Source: a virus | Lineage: Duplodnaviria; Heunggongvirae; Uroviricota; Caudoviricetes | IMG/VR virus record: IMGVR_UViG_3300044640_001538 | Direction: 5' to 3' (one strand) | Length of the DNA stretch: 64,000 nucleotides | Part shown: piece by piece, positions 1 through 9,682 of the stretch | How the letters are laid out: the number at the start of each line of letters is the position of its first letter | How positions within the stretch are numbered: the stretch's first letter is position 1 | Notes under the pieces: generated by a model | Told to the model about the DNA's origin: nothing | The model's input: only the letters and a program-made list of their open reading frames with translations | Databases searched by the model: none | Made by a program: the position numbers and the translations under genes

Positions 1-172
1 TATCACAACTTATTGTTAATATAAGTATTGTAATTAATGTTAAAAATTTTTTCATAGTTTTATTGTTTTAAATACCGTTCTACAATAGAAGTTATTAATT
101 CTTTTTCTTCTCTAAATGCTTCGTCTTTAACATACCATTTTAAGAATTTTACAAGTTGTTCTCTTTCCATTT

Positions 173-391
173 TTAATTATTTTGCGCCGCCAATAAAACA
201 TTAACAGCATCAGTTATTTTTTCAGTTTCTCTTTGACAAGCATTACAAGGGTGTACTGCTATCTTTAAATTCACTTCATAGGCAGAGTTAGCTTTAATAT
301 TTGATAATTCTGTGCTAAAAGTTAGTTTTTCGTTTGGATGTTTTGAACAATACATTGCAAAATCCAGTTTGTTTCTTAGATTATCTTCCAT
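173..391 (-). CDS. hypothetical protein (Cys-containing, 72 aa)
   Basis: ORF in track; same orientation as neighbouring early genes; no recognisable motif. Confidence 0.3.
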   Translation of the reverse strand: MEDNLRNKLDFAMYCSKHPNEKLTFSTELSNIKANSAYEVNLKIAVHPCNACQRETEKITDAVNVLLAAQNN

Positions 392-394
392 GTT

Positions 395-730
395 TCAATG
401 TTTAAGTGAAATACATACTCCAATTATTAAAAACAGTATGTTTATTAAATATCTTATGTTTTCTTCTTTTTGGAGCCAGTTTTTTCTAATTTGATATAAA
501 AGAATAAATGTTTGAAACGGATTTGTTTTAATTATATATTCATTATTTACTAAATATACTCTTTTTAAAAAAATATCTTCTTCATAAACTCTTTCTAAAG
601 TTTGTATTTTATCTCTATAAATCGACAGCCAATCTACTTTATTCTCTCCATCATATTGATTTCTTAACTCTTTAGATATACAACCTTTACTGATAATTGA
701 CCTTCTGTCTTTATCTTCTTTTATTACCAT
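395..730 (-). CDS. hypothetical protein (111 aa, hydrophobic C-terminus)
   Basis: ORF in track; no recognisable domain. Confidence 0.3.
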   Translation of the reverse strand: MVIKEDKDRRSIISKGCISKELRNQYDGENKVDWLSIYRDKIQTLERVYEEDIFLKRVYLVNNEYIIKTNPFQTFILLYQIRKNWLQKEENIRYLINILFLIIGVCISLKH

Positions 731-797
731 TACTTTTATTTTTTTATTAAGGGAAGACTAACACAGCCTCCCCAATTCCAAAACACAAAATTAAATT

Positions 798-1250
798 TTA
801 ATATATTCTCTCTATAAAATATGTTGGTAAATACTGAGTTTCAGTAGCTCGTATTATAAACTTTTTATCTGGTATACCTGGGGATTTACAAATGAAAGTC
901 CAAGTTCTATCGTATAATACATTATTATATTTCATAGCTCTACATACTACATCAGAAGATATAGCCTTTGAGTCATAAGTAAAATACCCATTAACTCTTT
1001 TCTTTACTTCTATAAACCTTTCCCCAGATACTAATTTACTGCTAAATCTATAACCACTTGTGCCTTGTAAACAAGATGTGCATTCAATATTTGAACCAAG
1101 AATCCATAGGTAATTATCTGGTGTAATAACTTCAATTGTAGTAGTTGAAGGTGTTGGGTTAACTTCTTGAACTGTTTCTTGTGGTGCATCTGGAGTTGAA
1201 CAACTAATCATTGATACTCCTAATACTAATACTGCTAATAATTTTTTCAT
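798..1250 (-). CDS. putative lipoprotein; start revised to internal Met (MKKLLAVLVLGVSMISCS...)
   Basis: Signal peptide plus lipobox (ISCS) begins at the internal Met. The track start at 1298 falls inside the promoter -7 box at 1296..1303, so the 5' 48 nt are unlikely to be coding. Confidence 0.5.
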   Translation of the reverse strand: MKKLLAVLVLGVSMISCSTPDAPQETVQEVNPTPSTTTIEVITPDNYLWILGSNIECTSCLQGTSGYRFSSKLVSGERFIEVKKRVNGYFTYDSKAISSDVVCRAMKYNNVLYDRTWTFICKSPGIPDKKFIIRATETQYLPTYFIERIY

Positions 1251-1283
1251 AGTGTTTTTTTTTTGTGTTTTAATTAATAATTT

Positions 1284-1326
1284 ATTTATCTTCTGCAAAT
1301 ATACGAAATTTATTTTATATAGGCAA
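1284..1326 (-). promoter_or_regulatory. Bacteroidetes-type promoter (TTG-N20-TATATTTG) for lipoprotein gene
   Basis: Minus-strand sequence TTTCGTATATTTGCAGAAG (plus-strand caaatata at 1296..1303) with TTG 20 nt upstream; one of 8 near-identical copies in the window. Confidence 0.6.
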
Positions 1327-2112
1327 ACTTATTTTACTTAAAGTTTTATTTGAAACATGACAATAAATCTGGGTTGTTCTAATGTTCTGATGTCCAGCTA
1401 ATTGTCTTATTATTTGCAAATCTGTTCCTGATTCTAAAAGTGTTGTAAAACTACTATGACGTAGCAAGTGAAAATGATAGTCCTTACCTATATATTTTTT
1501 AACTATCTCGTTACAACTTCTGTGAGAATATTGTAAACCAAACTGTCCGTTAAACAAGAACTCTTTTGGTCTGTACTCCTTAAAATATTCGCGCAAAAGA
1601 TTTAAAACAACAGAAGATAAAGGTACAAACCTGTCTTTTCTTCCTTTACCGTTTTTAATTAAAATCAACATCCTTTTAGAATCAATATCTTCTAATTTTA
1701 AATTACAAACTTCACTAACTCGCATCCCTGTAGAGAAAGCTAAAGTGATTATTGCTTTGTGCTTTAAATTTTCAATCTTTGAAATCTTAGCTAACAAAAA
1801 ATCTTTGTCAATTACTCTCGGTAGTTTCTTTTCAGTTTTGGGTCTTTCTATTTTGTTTAGGTGAACATCTTTTCTATCTAAAATATATCGCGCAAAAAGT
1901 TTTAAACAGCCAATAAACTGATTTTGTTGAGCAATAGAAGAAAATTCCTTACTTTCAAGAAAACAAACAATATCTTTAGTTGAAACTTTGTATGGGTCTT
2001 TACAATTTACTTCTTTTAAGTATTGAAAAAGTACTTGTTTATAAACCTTAATTGTGTTTTGAGAATAGTTTTTATATCTTAATTTATTTTCAAAAATTTC
2101 GAGAACTTTCAT
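1315..2112 (-). CDS. int: tyrosine recombinase/integrase (phage integrase family)
   Basis: C-terminal catalytic region HxxR...Y: LLRHSSFTTLLESGTDLQIIRQLAGHQNIRTTQIYCHVS; upstream Arg box GMRVSEVCNLKLEDID. Confidence 0.85.
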   Translation of the reverse strand: MKVLEIFENKLRYKNYSQNTIKVYKQVLFQYLKEVNCKDPYKVSTKDIVCFLESKEFSSIAQQNQFIGCLKLFARYILDRKDVHLNKIERPKTEKKLPRVIDKDFLLAKISKIENLKHKAIITLAFSTGMRVSEVCNLKLEDIDSKRMLILIKNGKGRKDRFVPLSSVVLNLLREYFKEYRPKEFLFNGQFGLQYSHRSCNEIVKKYIGKDYHFHLLRHSSFTTLLESGTDLQIIRQLAGHQNIRTTQIYCHVSNKTLSKISLPI

Positions 2113-2165
2113 AGTTAAAGTATTGATTTTATTGATATTTTTTATTAGTTGTGGATATATAATAG

Positions 2166-2555
2166 TTAGGCGAGATTCAAAGAAACCGTTAACTCAACAT
2201 ATTTTAAAACCGCTTCATAAACAGAATTAATCATAGGTTGTCCTTCGTTTATTATATTTATATCTTCAAATTCTCCAACTACTAAAGAATGGATTTTACA
2301 TTGGTCGCTGTAAATTGTAACCCAATCTCTTTTATTTATTTTTTCAACAACAGGCATCAAATAATTCCATTCTTTATAAGTTGGTAATGCTTCATAATCT
2401 TTCATTTCAGCATTATTGTAATACCAATATTCATTTCTTGTATGTTCATTAAATCCTTTAATAGGAGTTATCCCCATATATTGAGCAATAAGAACCTCGC
2501 CTAACACAGGTTTTGTGCTATTGCTACTTTCTGCTTGTTTGTTAACTTTGTTCAT
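2166..2555 (-). CDS. hypothetical protein
   Basis: ORF in track; co-oriented. Confidence 0.4.
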   Translation of the reverse strand: MNKVNKQAESSNSTKPVLGEVLIAQYMGITPIKGFNEHTRNEYWYYNNAEMKDYEALPTYKEWNYLMPVVEKINKRDWVTIYSDQCKIHSLVVGEFEDINIINEGQPMINSVYEAVLKYVELTVSLNLA

Positions 2556-2628
2556 TATTTTATACTTTTAGTTATTATTTGTTTAATTTAGTGTACATTA
2601 TACGCAACAGACACAAAGCCTGATAACG

Positions 2629-2991
2629 TTATGCCTCAGTTTGACCTAGCAACGTGATAACTACAACATTTGGAACTTGATACTCTACATTCGCGACATA
2701 AAACAAAGTTTCTTTTAAATCTCCAAAAATATGCGGAGCATCAATATTCTTAAATGTTATTAGATTTGTTTCTACTGGAATATATACAGGATTCCAATCT
2801 CTGTGAATTTCTTTTTGTTTTTTTGTAACATAAATTACGACTAACTGTTTATTAGATTGATTTTTTTCTTTTTCAAAAACACCTCTAATAAAATCTTTTG
2901 CTTCTTTAATTTCTGACATAATGTTTAATTTAAAATTACTTCCGACTTGAAACGGTGTGGAAGCTAAACCGTATAAAAAAACCGAAGGCAT
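2629..2991 (-). CDS. hypothetical protein
   Basis: ORF in track. Confidence 0.4.
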   Translation of the reverse strand: MPSVFLYGLASTPFQVGSNFKLNIMSEIKEAKDFIRGVFEKEKNQSNKQLVVIYVTKKQKEIHRDWNPVYIPVETNLITFKNIDAPHIFGDLKETLFYVANVEYQVPNVVVITLLGQTEA

Positions 2992-3115
2992 AACAGCAGT
3001 TACACGAGATTTGGGTTTTAGGCAAACTATAAAGTTTGTTTTGTACTTTTGTGGTTAGTGATAAACCGAAAGTTAAAGGTGTACTTTTTCCCAAACCTCG
3101 TGTAGCTGCGAAACG

Positions 3116-3616
3116 TTATATGCTATTTAAAATAGACACACTTTCAAATTTTGATTTTTTAGGGTAAGCAAAATAAGACAACTCACAACCAATTTCTGAT
3201 AGATAACTTACTTTTAGGTACAATGCCATTTTTGAAAAGTCGTCTATCGACTTGTCTGTTGCACCTAAATTTCGTCTTAACTCACTTTCGTATTCGTTTA
3301 GAATTATGTCTTCATTTGGTATGATTTTTAAAAAAACAGAATTTTTTAATTCTTCTATTTTCTTTTTAAATGAATTCATTTCTTTGTCAAAATCATCTTT
3401 TCGCCATTCGGTATTTGACCAATATTTTTCATAATAATAATCTACTGCTTTATTGATAGCAATTTCTTCATTATTAGACTTTACTTCAATGTTTACAAAC
3501 TGATAATCTCTGTTACCATCTTTTGCTGATAATTTTACTACATACATATTTTTATAATTTGCGAAAGAAAAACAGCATATAACAGCGTGTATAAAAAATG
3601 GCGGGTTTCGTGCCAT
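3116..3616 (-). CDS. hypothetical protein
   Basis: ORF in track; preceded by promoter copy at 3708..3738. Confidence 0.4.
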   Translation of the reverse strand: MARNPPFFIHAVICCFSFANYKNMYVVKLSAKDGNRDYQFVNIEVKSNNEEIAINKAVDYYYEKYWSNTEWRKDDFDKEMNSFKKKIEELKNSVFLKIIPNEDIILNEYESELRRNLGATDKSIDDFSKMALYLKVSYLSEIGCELSYFAYPKKSKFESVSILNSI

Positions 3617-3699
3617 TTAGAAACATTTGTGATAATATAAACTGCATTGCTTTCAAGTTAATTTTGTGCTTTAATTCCGCCACTTCTTATACACGCAAA

Positions 3700-3740
3700 A
3701 CGTTATGCAAATATACAAAATTTATTTGACAATTACAAAT
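3700..3740 (-). promoter_or_regulatory. Bacteroidetes-type promoter copy (TTTG-N20-TATATTTG)
   Basis: Plus-strand caaatata at 3708..3715; RC TTTG 20 nt upstream. Confidence 0.5.
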
Positions 3741-4204
3741 TTATCTTTAACATCTTCTAAAAAAGTTAATCTACCCTTATCTGAAACGGCAAATAATAAA
3801 CTGTTCTTTTCTTTATATTTTAAATCTTTATGATGAAATTCTATTGAGTGTCTTTCATAAGTTTCTCCGTTTAATTTTTTTACGCCGCTGTAATAATTTA
3901 AAGCAGAGATATACTCCATTCTTCTATACGTTTTACCCTTATAAAAAGCTGTATACCACACTTTTAATTTTTCATCATACATCTTAACATCTTCTAAACA
4001 AAGTGCCTTAAAACTTCCTAAATACTGTTTGAAAGGCTCTTGACCTACTTCCATCCAGGCATTTTCTGGTTTGCCGAAATTAGAACTTAAATAAGTGATT
4101 GCTACTTTATCTATTGCTTGTTCGTAACATCTTGTAGGTTTACAAGCTAATAATACATCGTGTAAACAAGTGTTTAATAAATCTAATTTGAATTTTTCTA
4201 GCAA
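3722..4204 (-). CDS. hypothetical protein
   Basis: ORF in track. Confidence 0.4.
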   Translation of the reverse strand: MLEKFKLDLLNTCLHDVLLACKPTRCYEQAIDKVAITYLSSNFGKPENAWMEVGQEPFKQYLGSFKALCLEDVKMYDEKLKVWYTAFYKGKTYRRMEYISALNYYSGVKKLNGETYERHSIEFHHKDLKYKEKNSLLFAVSDKGRLTFLEDVKDKFVIVK

Positions 4205-4542
4205 AGCTCTTGTATGTTTTTAATTAATCTTCTTTCTTTTTCCGCCATTTTTTCTAACGCTTCGTCTGTTTCTTGGTTGATATTTTTTATTACCAAATCT
4301 TTTAAGCGCGTTAAAAAAGTACTACCTAATCTTTCTTTTGTTGAGAAATTAGTATTTTGTATTGTTATTCCTGTTTCGTCTAAAAGAATAAACAGTTGTT
4401 TTTCTTCGTTCTCAATTAAAATGTTTGTTTTGTTTACTTCTAACTTTACTCTCTTTTTAGAATCTTTGTGCGCCAAAAGTTTAATGACAACTTGCTCTAA
4501 TTCTAATTCTTTCTCTGTTAATTTCTTTTCAAATTTAAACAT
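4198..4542 (-). CDS. hypothetical protein (charged, coiled-coil-like)
   Basis: ORF in track. Confidence 0.35.
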   Translation of the reverse strand: MFKFEKKLTEKELELEQVVIKLLAHKDSKKRVKLEVNKTNILIENEEKQLFILLDETGITIQNTNFSTKERLGSTFLTRLKDLVIKNINQETDEALEKMAEKERRLIKNIQELC

Positions 4543-4780
4543 TATCGTGCAAAATAAATTAAATCAAAAAACTCGTCAAAACAACTGTTAAAAACTATTT
4601 GAGCTTCTTCTGTAAATTGTTTCTCTCCTTTTATGATTTTATATGGGTTACTAAATATTTTCTCTACTTCTTTTGTTGCTAAACCTACTGCTTTTTCTAC
4701 CATTTAAACTTTTTTATTCAATTTTATTAAACATATAATCGCCGAAACAAAAAATAAATCGGCTAAAATTAACAATATTA

Positions 4781-5200
4781 TCATAGTGTATATATCTCTG
4801 AATCTGTCATTACTGCTAATTTTTCTATTGGGTATTTACCTTTTAACTCTTCAATCATTTTTTTGCGGTCGATTTGAAAATTTCTGTAAACAACTGTTTC
4901 AGAAACTACTTCATAACCTAAACTTCTAACAACGTTTTTCCATTGATTTTTAGACTTGATATTAAAATGTTCTAATAAATCGCCAATAGTTTCAAAAGTA
5001 GTAGTCTTATTGTCTTTTTTAAGTTCTACTACAATAGTATTTATTTTTGGAAAATACTTATGTGATACTGTTTCTCTTTTTCCAGACTGTAATCTTTTTA
5101 TTGTTTTAAAATCTTCTTCTGTAAAACTTGAAAAATCTTTATTGTTTAGAGTATTTTTTGGAAACTTTCTTAAAACTGTTGCTACTTCTTTTGCTGTCAA
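4781..5200 (-). CDS. hypothetical protein
   Basis: ORF in track. Confidence 0.4.
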   Translation of the reverse strand: MTAKEVATVLRKFPKNTLNNKDFSSFTEEDFKTIKRLQSGKRETVSHKYFPKINTIVVELKKDNKTTTFETIGDLLEHFNIKSKNQWKNVVRSLGYEVVSETVVYRNFQIDRKKMIEELKGKYPIEKLAVMTDSEIYTL

Positions 5201-5202
5201 AA

Positions 5203-5640
5203 CTATTGCATTTTTAATATTAATTCTTCAACTGTTATTGGTTTACCATAGTATTTTAAATCTACTTGTCGCATACCTAATAAACGTTCTGTAATTCTCT
5301 CTCTTACTATTTCTTTTACTCTTGGTATATTGTCGTCCCAATCGTTATATAAATGCTCTGGAAGGTCTTTAAATGCGTCTGAATAGTCTGTTACATTAAA
5401 ACCCCTCTTAATACACTCTTCTGTTAGTTCGTTATATCTTTTGTGGATATACTTTAATTTATTGTAAAAATAAACTACATGTAAGTTACCTAAACGAAAA
5501 TCTTTCGGTATCTTTTTTAAATCTACTTTAGCTTTGCCGTTTTTTATAGTATTCGGGATTCTAAGTATTTCTATCCTTTCTTTTCTTAGGTGGACATCTG
5601 TTAAAGACCTTCCTGATATTCCTGAACTAATTCTTGTCAT
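5203..5640 (-). CDS. hypothetical protein
   Basis: ORF in track. Confidence 0.4.
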   Translation of the reverse strand: MTRISSGISGRSLTDVHLRKERIEILRIPNTIKNGKAKVDLKKIPKDFRLGNLHVVYFYNKLKYIHKRYNELTEECIKRGFNVTDYSDAFKDLPEHLYNDWDDNIPRVKEIVRERITERLLGMRQVDLKYYGKPITVEELILKMQ

Positions 5641-5805
5641 TTATTTATTTTCTTTTAAAAAGTCTAAAAAATCCATAGTCATCATACCTACAATTAGTAT
5701 CGCTATAAAACCAACTGCGTTGTATGATAAATTATTAATTGATGCTGGGTTTATTGCATTTGCTACAAATAGTAGCCCTAAAAATATTGCTGTTCTCATC
5801 TTATA

Positions 5806-5977
5806 TTATCTCTTTAAAATAAATTAAAAAATCTTCTTCTTCTATTTTATAATCTACATCATCGCATAGATTTACTAAAACTGTGTCTGTATCTTCGTAT
5901 AATGCTTGTTTTAAAGTGCTTAAAGAACCATATCGTTCCATTATTGCTTTTAACATTGTTGTTTTATTGTCTTTCAT
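5806..5977 (-). CDS. small hypothetical protein (about 57 aa, MKDNKTTMLKAIMERYG...) not in track
   Basis: Hand translation of minus strand; the GC-palindrome motif lies immediately upstream (5984..6012). Confidence 0.3.
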
Positions 5978-5983
5978 TTTTTT

Positions 5984-6012
5984 AGTTTTTTTGCGCCGAA
6001 AAAGATTAAACA
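5984..6012 (-). repeat. GC-palindrome motif copy
   Basis: TTTTTTTGCGCCGAAAAAGATTAAACAGGCACG. Confidence 0.5.
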
Positions 6013-6290
6013 GGCACGTTAATTATACGAATAACATCTGTAAAAGTATTAACATCTCCATAGTTAAATGCTTCTTGAAAAGTTGGTAAAGTGTAAACCC
6101 TACCTAAACCTTCTGCTAAAGTCATAAACATATCATCTGTTAGATGTTTTGTGTTATGTTCTTGGCTATCTACTACATAAACTCTTGTTTCACTTTGTTG
6201 TGGCATATCATTATTGGAAATATCTAAAGCTAAATATAGATTTTCTATTTCATACTCTGCCCCTGTGAATTGTGTTGTTATTGTGTTCAT
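6006..6290 (-). CDS. hypothetical protein
   Basis: ORF in track. Confidence 0.4.
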   Translation of the reverse strand: MNTITTQFTGAEYEIENLYLALDISNNDMPQQSETRVYVVDSQEHNTKHLTDDMFMTLAEGLGRVYTLPTFQEAFNYGDVNTFTDVIRIINVPV

Positions 6291-6450
6291 TTTAATACGT
6301 TTTTATAGTTATTAACCTGTTCTTCTGTTTTTATTTCAAATTTTTCTCCGCGCATTTCACAACCTCTAAACTGCTCGGCTTGTTCTAAAGTGCAAGGTTT
6401 TGATAATAAAACCCAATAGTTGTCTTTTATTGCTACTGCTACATACATAA

Positions 6451-6672
6451 TTAATCTTCTTTTCTTGTTAAACCCATATATTCTGCTGAATCATCTATTG
6501 CATCAAAAATCTGTTCTTGTGTATATTCATTTGTTAATGCACCTTCTAAAACTTCCATAGCTTCTTCGTCTGTGCAATTATAGTTCTGTTTTACATCGTC
6601 TATGTGCCAAAGATTATCTACAAAATAACCTGCATCTCTTAATACTTGTTTTGCTTTTTCTATTTCGTTCAT
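6451..6672 (-). CDS. small acidic hypothetical protein
   Basis: ORF in track; tightly packed with neighbours. Confidence 0.4.
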   Translation of the reverse strand: MNEIEKAKQVLRDAGYFVDNLWHIDDVKQNYNCTDEEAMEVLEGALTNEYTQEQIFDAIDDSAEYMGLTRKED

Positions 6673-6675
6673 AAT

Positions 6676-6879
6676 TTAATTATTGTTAGGTAAAACTTTA
6701 TCTTCGTCTTCAAACTCACTCATATCTACGGTAAATTTTTCTCCTGTTTCTTCATCTTCGACATCATAAATAAGCAAATTCATATCTTCTTCTAATGCAC
6801 TTATAAATTTTCTTACTGCCTCTAATGGGTTTTCTGCTGGTTGGTCTGTAAATTCTACAGAAATTTTATATGTTTTCAT
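6676..6879 (-). CDS. small acidic hypothetical protein
   Basis: ORF in track. Confidence 0.4.
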   Translation of the reverse strand: MKTYKISVEFTDQPAENPLEAVRKFISALEEDMNLLIYDVEDEETGEKFTVDMSEFEDEDKVLPNNN

Positions 6880-7006
6880 AACTTTACTTGTTTAAATAGT
6901 TTAATGCTTCTTGTTCTGTTTTAAATGTTTTGTACCACTCTGGTTCTGTTTTTATTTCAACTTTTTTCGCGCCAAAAGACTCTAAAGGTTCTTCCGTCAT
7001 TAAAAT

Positions 7007-7375
7007 TTAATTGATATAAGGTTGTTTCCATAATTCTAAAGTGTTACTTTCTATTTTATTAATCTGTTGTTGAATATAGTTTTCTATTAGTGGCTCTAAA
7101 TCTCTTTTCCAAATGAATGTATTTTCAAAATCTATGCTGTCATAGTTGTCATACTCTACTATACTTTCTAAAATCTGTTGTTTTGTTTTGAAAGTGTAGT
7201 TGTTTTGAACCTCTTTTTTAATTTTTTCGCGCAAAGAAAGAAAATAGAACTGCAAATATAAGTAATCTATTCTGTTATTCAAAGAAAAATATCTATTTTT
7301 TTGCACCCAACTTAATTTAGATAAGTTTTTAGGTTGAGAATCTACTGCTTTTTGAAGTACTTGTAACTTTGTCAT
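7007..7375 (-). CDS. hypothetical protein (contains an internal promoter-like copy at 7253..7283)
   Basis: ORF in track; 4-nt overlap with upstream gene. Confidence 0.35.
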   Translation of the reverse strand: MTKLQVLQKAVDSQPKNLSKLSWVQKNRYFSLNNRIDYLYLQFYFLSLREKIKKEVQNNYTFKTKQQILESIVEYDNYDSIDFENTFIWKRDLEPLIENYIQQQINKIESNTLELWKQPYIN

Positions 7376-7695
7376 AACTGAAACTCTTTTAATTTTTCTT
7401 CAAACTTTTTTGTATTATTACCATAAGCATAAGCTAAATCACCTAAAAGTTTTATTTTTAGTTCTTCGGTAAGAGGTTGTTCTTTAATTTTTTCTGCCAA
7501 GCGTTCTAAATTAACTTGGTGAATTTGTCCCCAATCTGCATCAGGTTCTCTATCTCTAAACACTCCAAAATCAACTTCTTTCCCTGCTGAAATTCCTTTT
7601 ACTGTGTCTAATATTGGTTGTCCGTAATAAGTTTTAATTGTTTTCATAATTTTTAAGTTTTTAAATATTCCACGCCACAAAATAGAGAACGGCAA
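7372..7695 (-). CDS. hypothetical protein
   Basis: ORF in track. Confidence 0.4.
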   Translation of the reverse strand: MPFSILWRGIFKNLKIMKTIKTYYGQPILDTVKGISAGKEVDFGVFRDREPDADWGQIHQVNLERLAEKIKEQPLTEELKIKLLGDLAYAYGNNTKKFEEKLKEFQL

Positions 7696-7743
7696 AAAGA
7701 ATAAAAGTTATCAAATAATAAATACCTACTGATGCTTGTCTTT

Positions 7744-8058
7744 TCATAACTTTTGCATATTTTCAATTAAATAAAGTCTATCTTCAATAGTAGCTAAATC
7801 TTGAAAACCAATATAATATCTTTGATTATTATCGTCTAATTCTACTATTTCAATACCATTTTCATTTACTTGTATAATGTGTGCGTCAAAAACATTACCT
7901 GTAATATCGCTTCTAACTTCAAAATATTCATCAAAATCTCCGATTTCAATATCTTCATCTGATAAAAATTTAAACTCTTTTTTATCTTTTTTTAGTGCCG
8001 AATAAGTGTTACTTAATTCACTTTCTAATTCTTCGTATTTTCCTCTAATTGAGTTCAT
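7744..8058 (-). CDS. acidic hypothetical protein
   Basis: ORF in track. Confidence 0.4.
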   Translation of the reverse strand: MNSIRGKYEELESELSNTYSALKKDKKEFKFLSDEDIEIGDFDEYFEVRSDITGNVFDAHIIQVNENGIEIVELDDNNQRYYIGFQDLATIEDRLYLIENMQKL

Positions 8059-8061
8059 AGC

Positions 8062-8280
8062 TTAATAAGTTTTAATAAATTCTTCTAAATATTCTCTGTT
8101 GTTGTGTAGATAATCTACAATACAATCAAACTCTGATTTTTCTTGTTTATTTTCTTCTGAATTTTCAAATCTTTCGTATAAAAGTTTTGATACATCAAAT
8201 AATAGGTCGTACTCTTTCTCGTTTGCCGAATTTACTACATCTCTTAATAATTGGCTGAATAAAAATTGATTATAGGTCAT
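8062..8280 (-). CDS. hypothetical protein
   Basis: ORF in track. Confidence 0.4.
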   Translation of the reverse strand: MTYNQFLFSQLLRDVVNSANEKEYDLLFDVSKLLYERFENSEENKQEKSEFDCIVDYLHNNREYLEEFIKTY

Positions 8281-8443
8281 AATGTTATTGTATATTTAAT
8301 TCTTTTGTTGTAAAACTTGGAAAATTCTGTTTGTAAAGTTTCAATGCTTCTTTTTTACTATATCCGTAATAGTCTGCAATAAATCTTTCTGAAATGTATT
8401 GTTTTGGTGCTATTCTATAATGTGTCATAATATTTTCTGTTTT

Positions 8444-8632
8444 TTAATATTTTCGCCCGCCAAAAAGAATATAAAGCAAGAAAGAAACTGCTAAACTTTT
8501 ATAACAAACTTCCCAAACTAAATGTAAATTACTTGGTGTAAAGTTAAACAACCATAAAATACCAACTAATAAAGTTATAAAACCTGTTATTGATAATAAC
8601 AAAGCAAATATTCCTGTTATAAAATCTCTCAT
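8444..8632 (-). CDS. small membrane protein (2 TM helices)
   Basis: Hydrophobic stretches ALLLSITGFITLLVGILWLF and LAVSFLLYILFGG. Confidence 0.4.
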   Translation of the reverse strand: MRDFITGIFALLLSITGFITLLVGILWLFNFTPSNLHLVWEVCYKSLAVSFLLYILFGGRKY

Positions 8633-8635
8633 AGT

Positions 8636-9058
8636 TTATCTGTATAAATACGTTTTACCTCTAAACACTACTTCTGAATAATCTTGTCGCATATCATCTG
8701 CAATACCTTCCCAATCAATGTTGTTTCTGATTAAACTTGGCGTGTCTTTTGAAATAAAACCGCAACTTTCAACAAAATCCTCGCAATATTCTTCAAAATA
8801 ATATTCTTCAATTAAAGTAACTCCATAATCCCACTCTCCGTTACAAATTTCATCTTCGAGTTTGTTAATTTCTTTAATAGATTGTAAATCGTCTAAAAAA
8901 TAATCTTTCCAACTTTCAATTTCTTCCTCTTCAAATCTTATATCTTCAAAGGATTCTGTCATTTCTTCATATTGTGGAAAACTCTCAATAAAACTATCAA
9001 AAATAGCTGTTTTTAAATTATCCCTTTCTTCTATTAAATCTCTACTATCTAAATACAT
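8636..9058 (-). CDS. highly acidic hypothetical protein
   Basis: ORF in track; Asp/Glu-rich. Confidence 0.4.
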   Translation of the reverse strand: MYLDSRDLIEERDNLKTAIFDSFIESFPQYEEMTESFEDIRFEEEEIESWKDYFLDDLQSIKEINKLEDEICNGEWDYGVTLIEEYYFEEYCEDFVESCGFISKDTPSLIRNNIDWEGIADDMRQDYSEVVFRGKTYLYR

Positions 9059-9207
9059 ATCTAATTATTTTAAGGTTATTTGTTCTACAATTACATCATC
9101 ATACCCGTCTTGTTCGTACTCAAATGCTAAATTTTCTGCTTGTTGTTTTGTTAGATAGTTGTCGTTTACTTCTGTACCGCCTACCCAAACGGTGTATTTA
9201 TTGTTTT

Positions 9208-9420
9208 TCATATCTCACAAAGTCTTAACCCAAAATCTGTTTCTACTAAAATAACGTTTAGTTCGTTTTCTTTACAATACTCTAACTCTTCCAAAGGGTA
9301 ATCCCAAATAGTCCAATCTAAATGTTCTTCGCAATGGTCTTGTATTTCTTGTAAAGTAAAGTATTGATTTTCATTAAATCCTAATTTCTTTGCATAATCC
9401 TGTAATGATATTGGTTTCAT
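9208..9420 (-). CDS. hypothetical protein
   Basis: ORF in track; GC-palindrome motif just upstream. Confidence 0.4.
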   Translation of the reverse strand: MKPISLQDYAKKLGFNENQYFTLQEIQDHCEEHLDWTIWDYPLEELEYCKENELNVILVETDFGLRLCEI

Positions 9421-9440
9421 AAATTATTATTTTTAAGTTT

Positions 9441-9470
9441 ATTTTTTCGCGCAAAAAGATTAAAAAGACA
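9441..9470 (-). repeat. GC-palindrome motif copy (plus strand TTTTTTCGCGCAAAAAGATTAAAAAGACAGCC)
   Basis: One of more than 20 copies of consensus TTTT(T)CGCGCGAAAAAGATTAAAAAGACAG located 10-40 nt upstream of minus-strand start codons. Confidence 0.6.
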
Positions 9471-9657
9471 GCCTTTTTTCAAACTCATCTAAATTCTCTT
9501 CAAAAGTTAATAAGTTCTGATAATACTCATAAAAATCTTCCAACTCTATTAAACTATAATCTGTATGATTAAGCATATAAGAAACCCAATCTTCAAAGTA
9601 ATATATCTCTTGTTCCATATTTTTAGCAAATGTAATTATTAATTTTATATTGTGCAA
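9460..9657 (-). CDS. hypothetical protein (C-terminal codons RLSF* lie within the GC-palindrome motif)
   Basis: ORF in track. Confidence 0.4.
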   Translation of the reverse strand: MHNIKLIITFAKNMEQEIYYFEDWVSYMLNHTDYSLIELEDFYEYYQNLLTFEENLDEFEKRLSF

Positions 9658-9682
9658 ATAGTTTTAGTAATTTATAATGATT

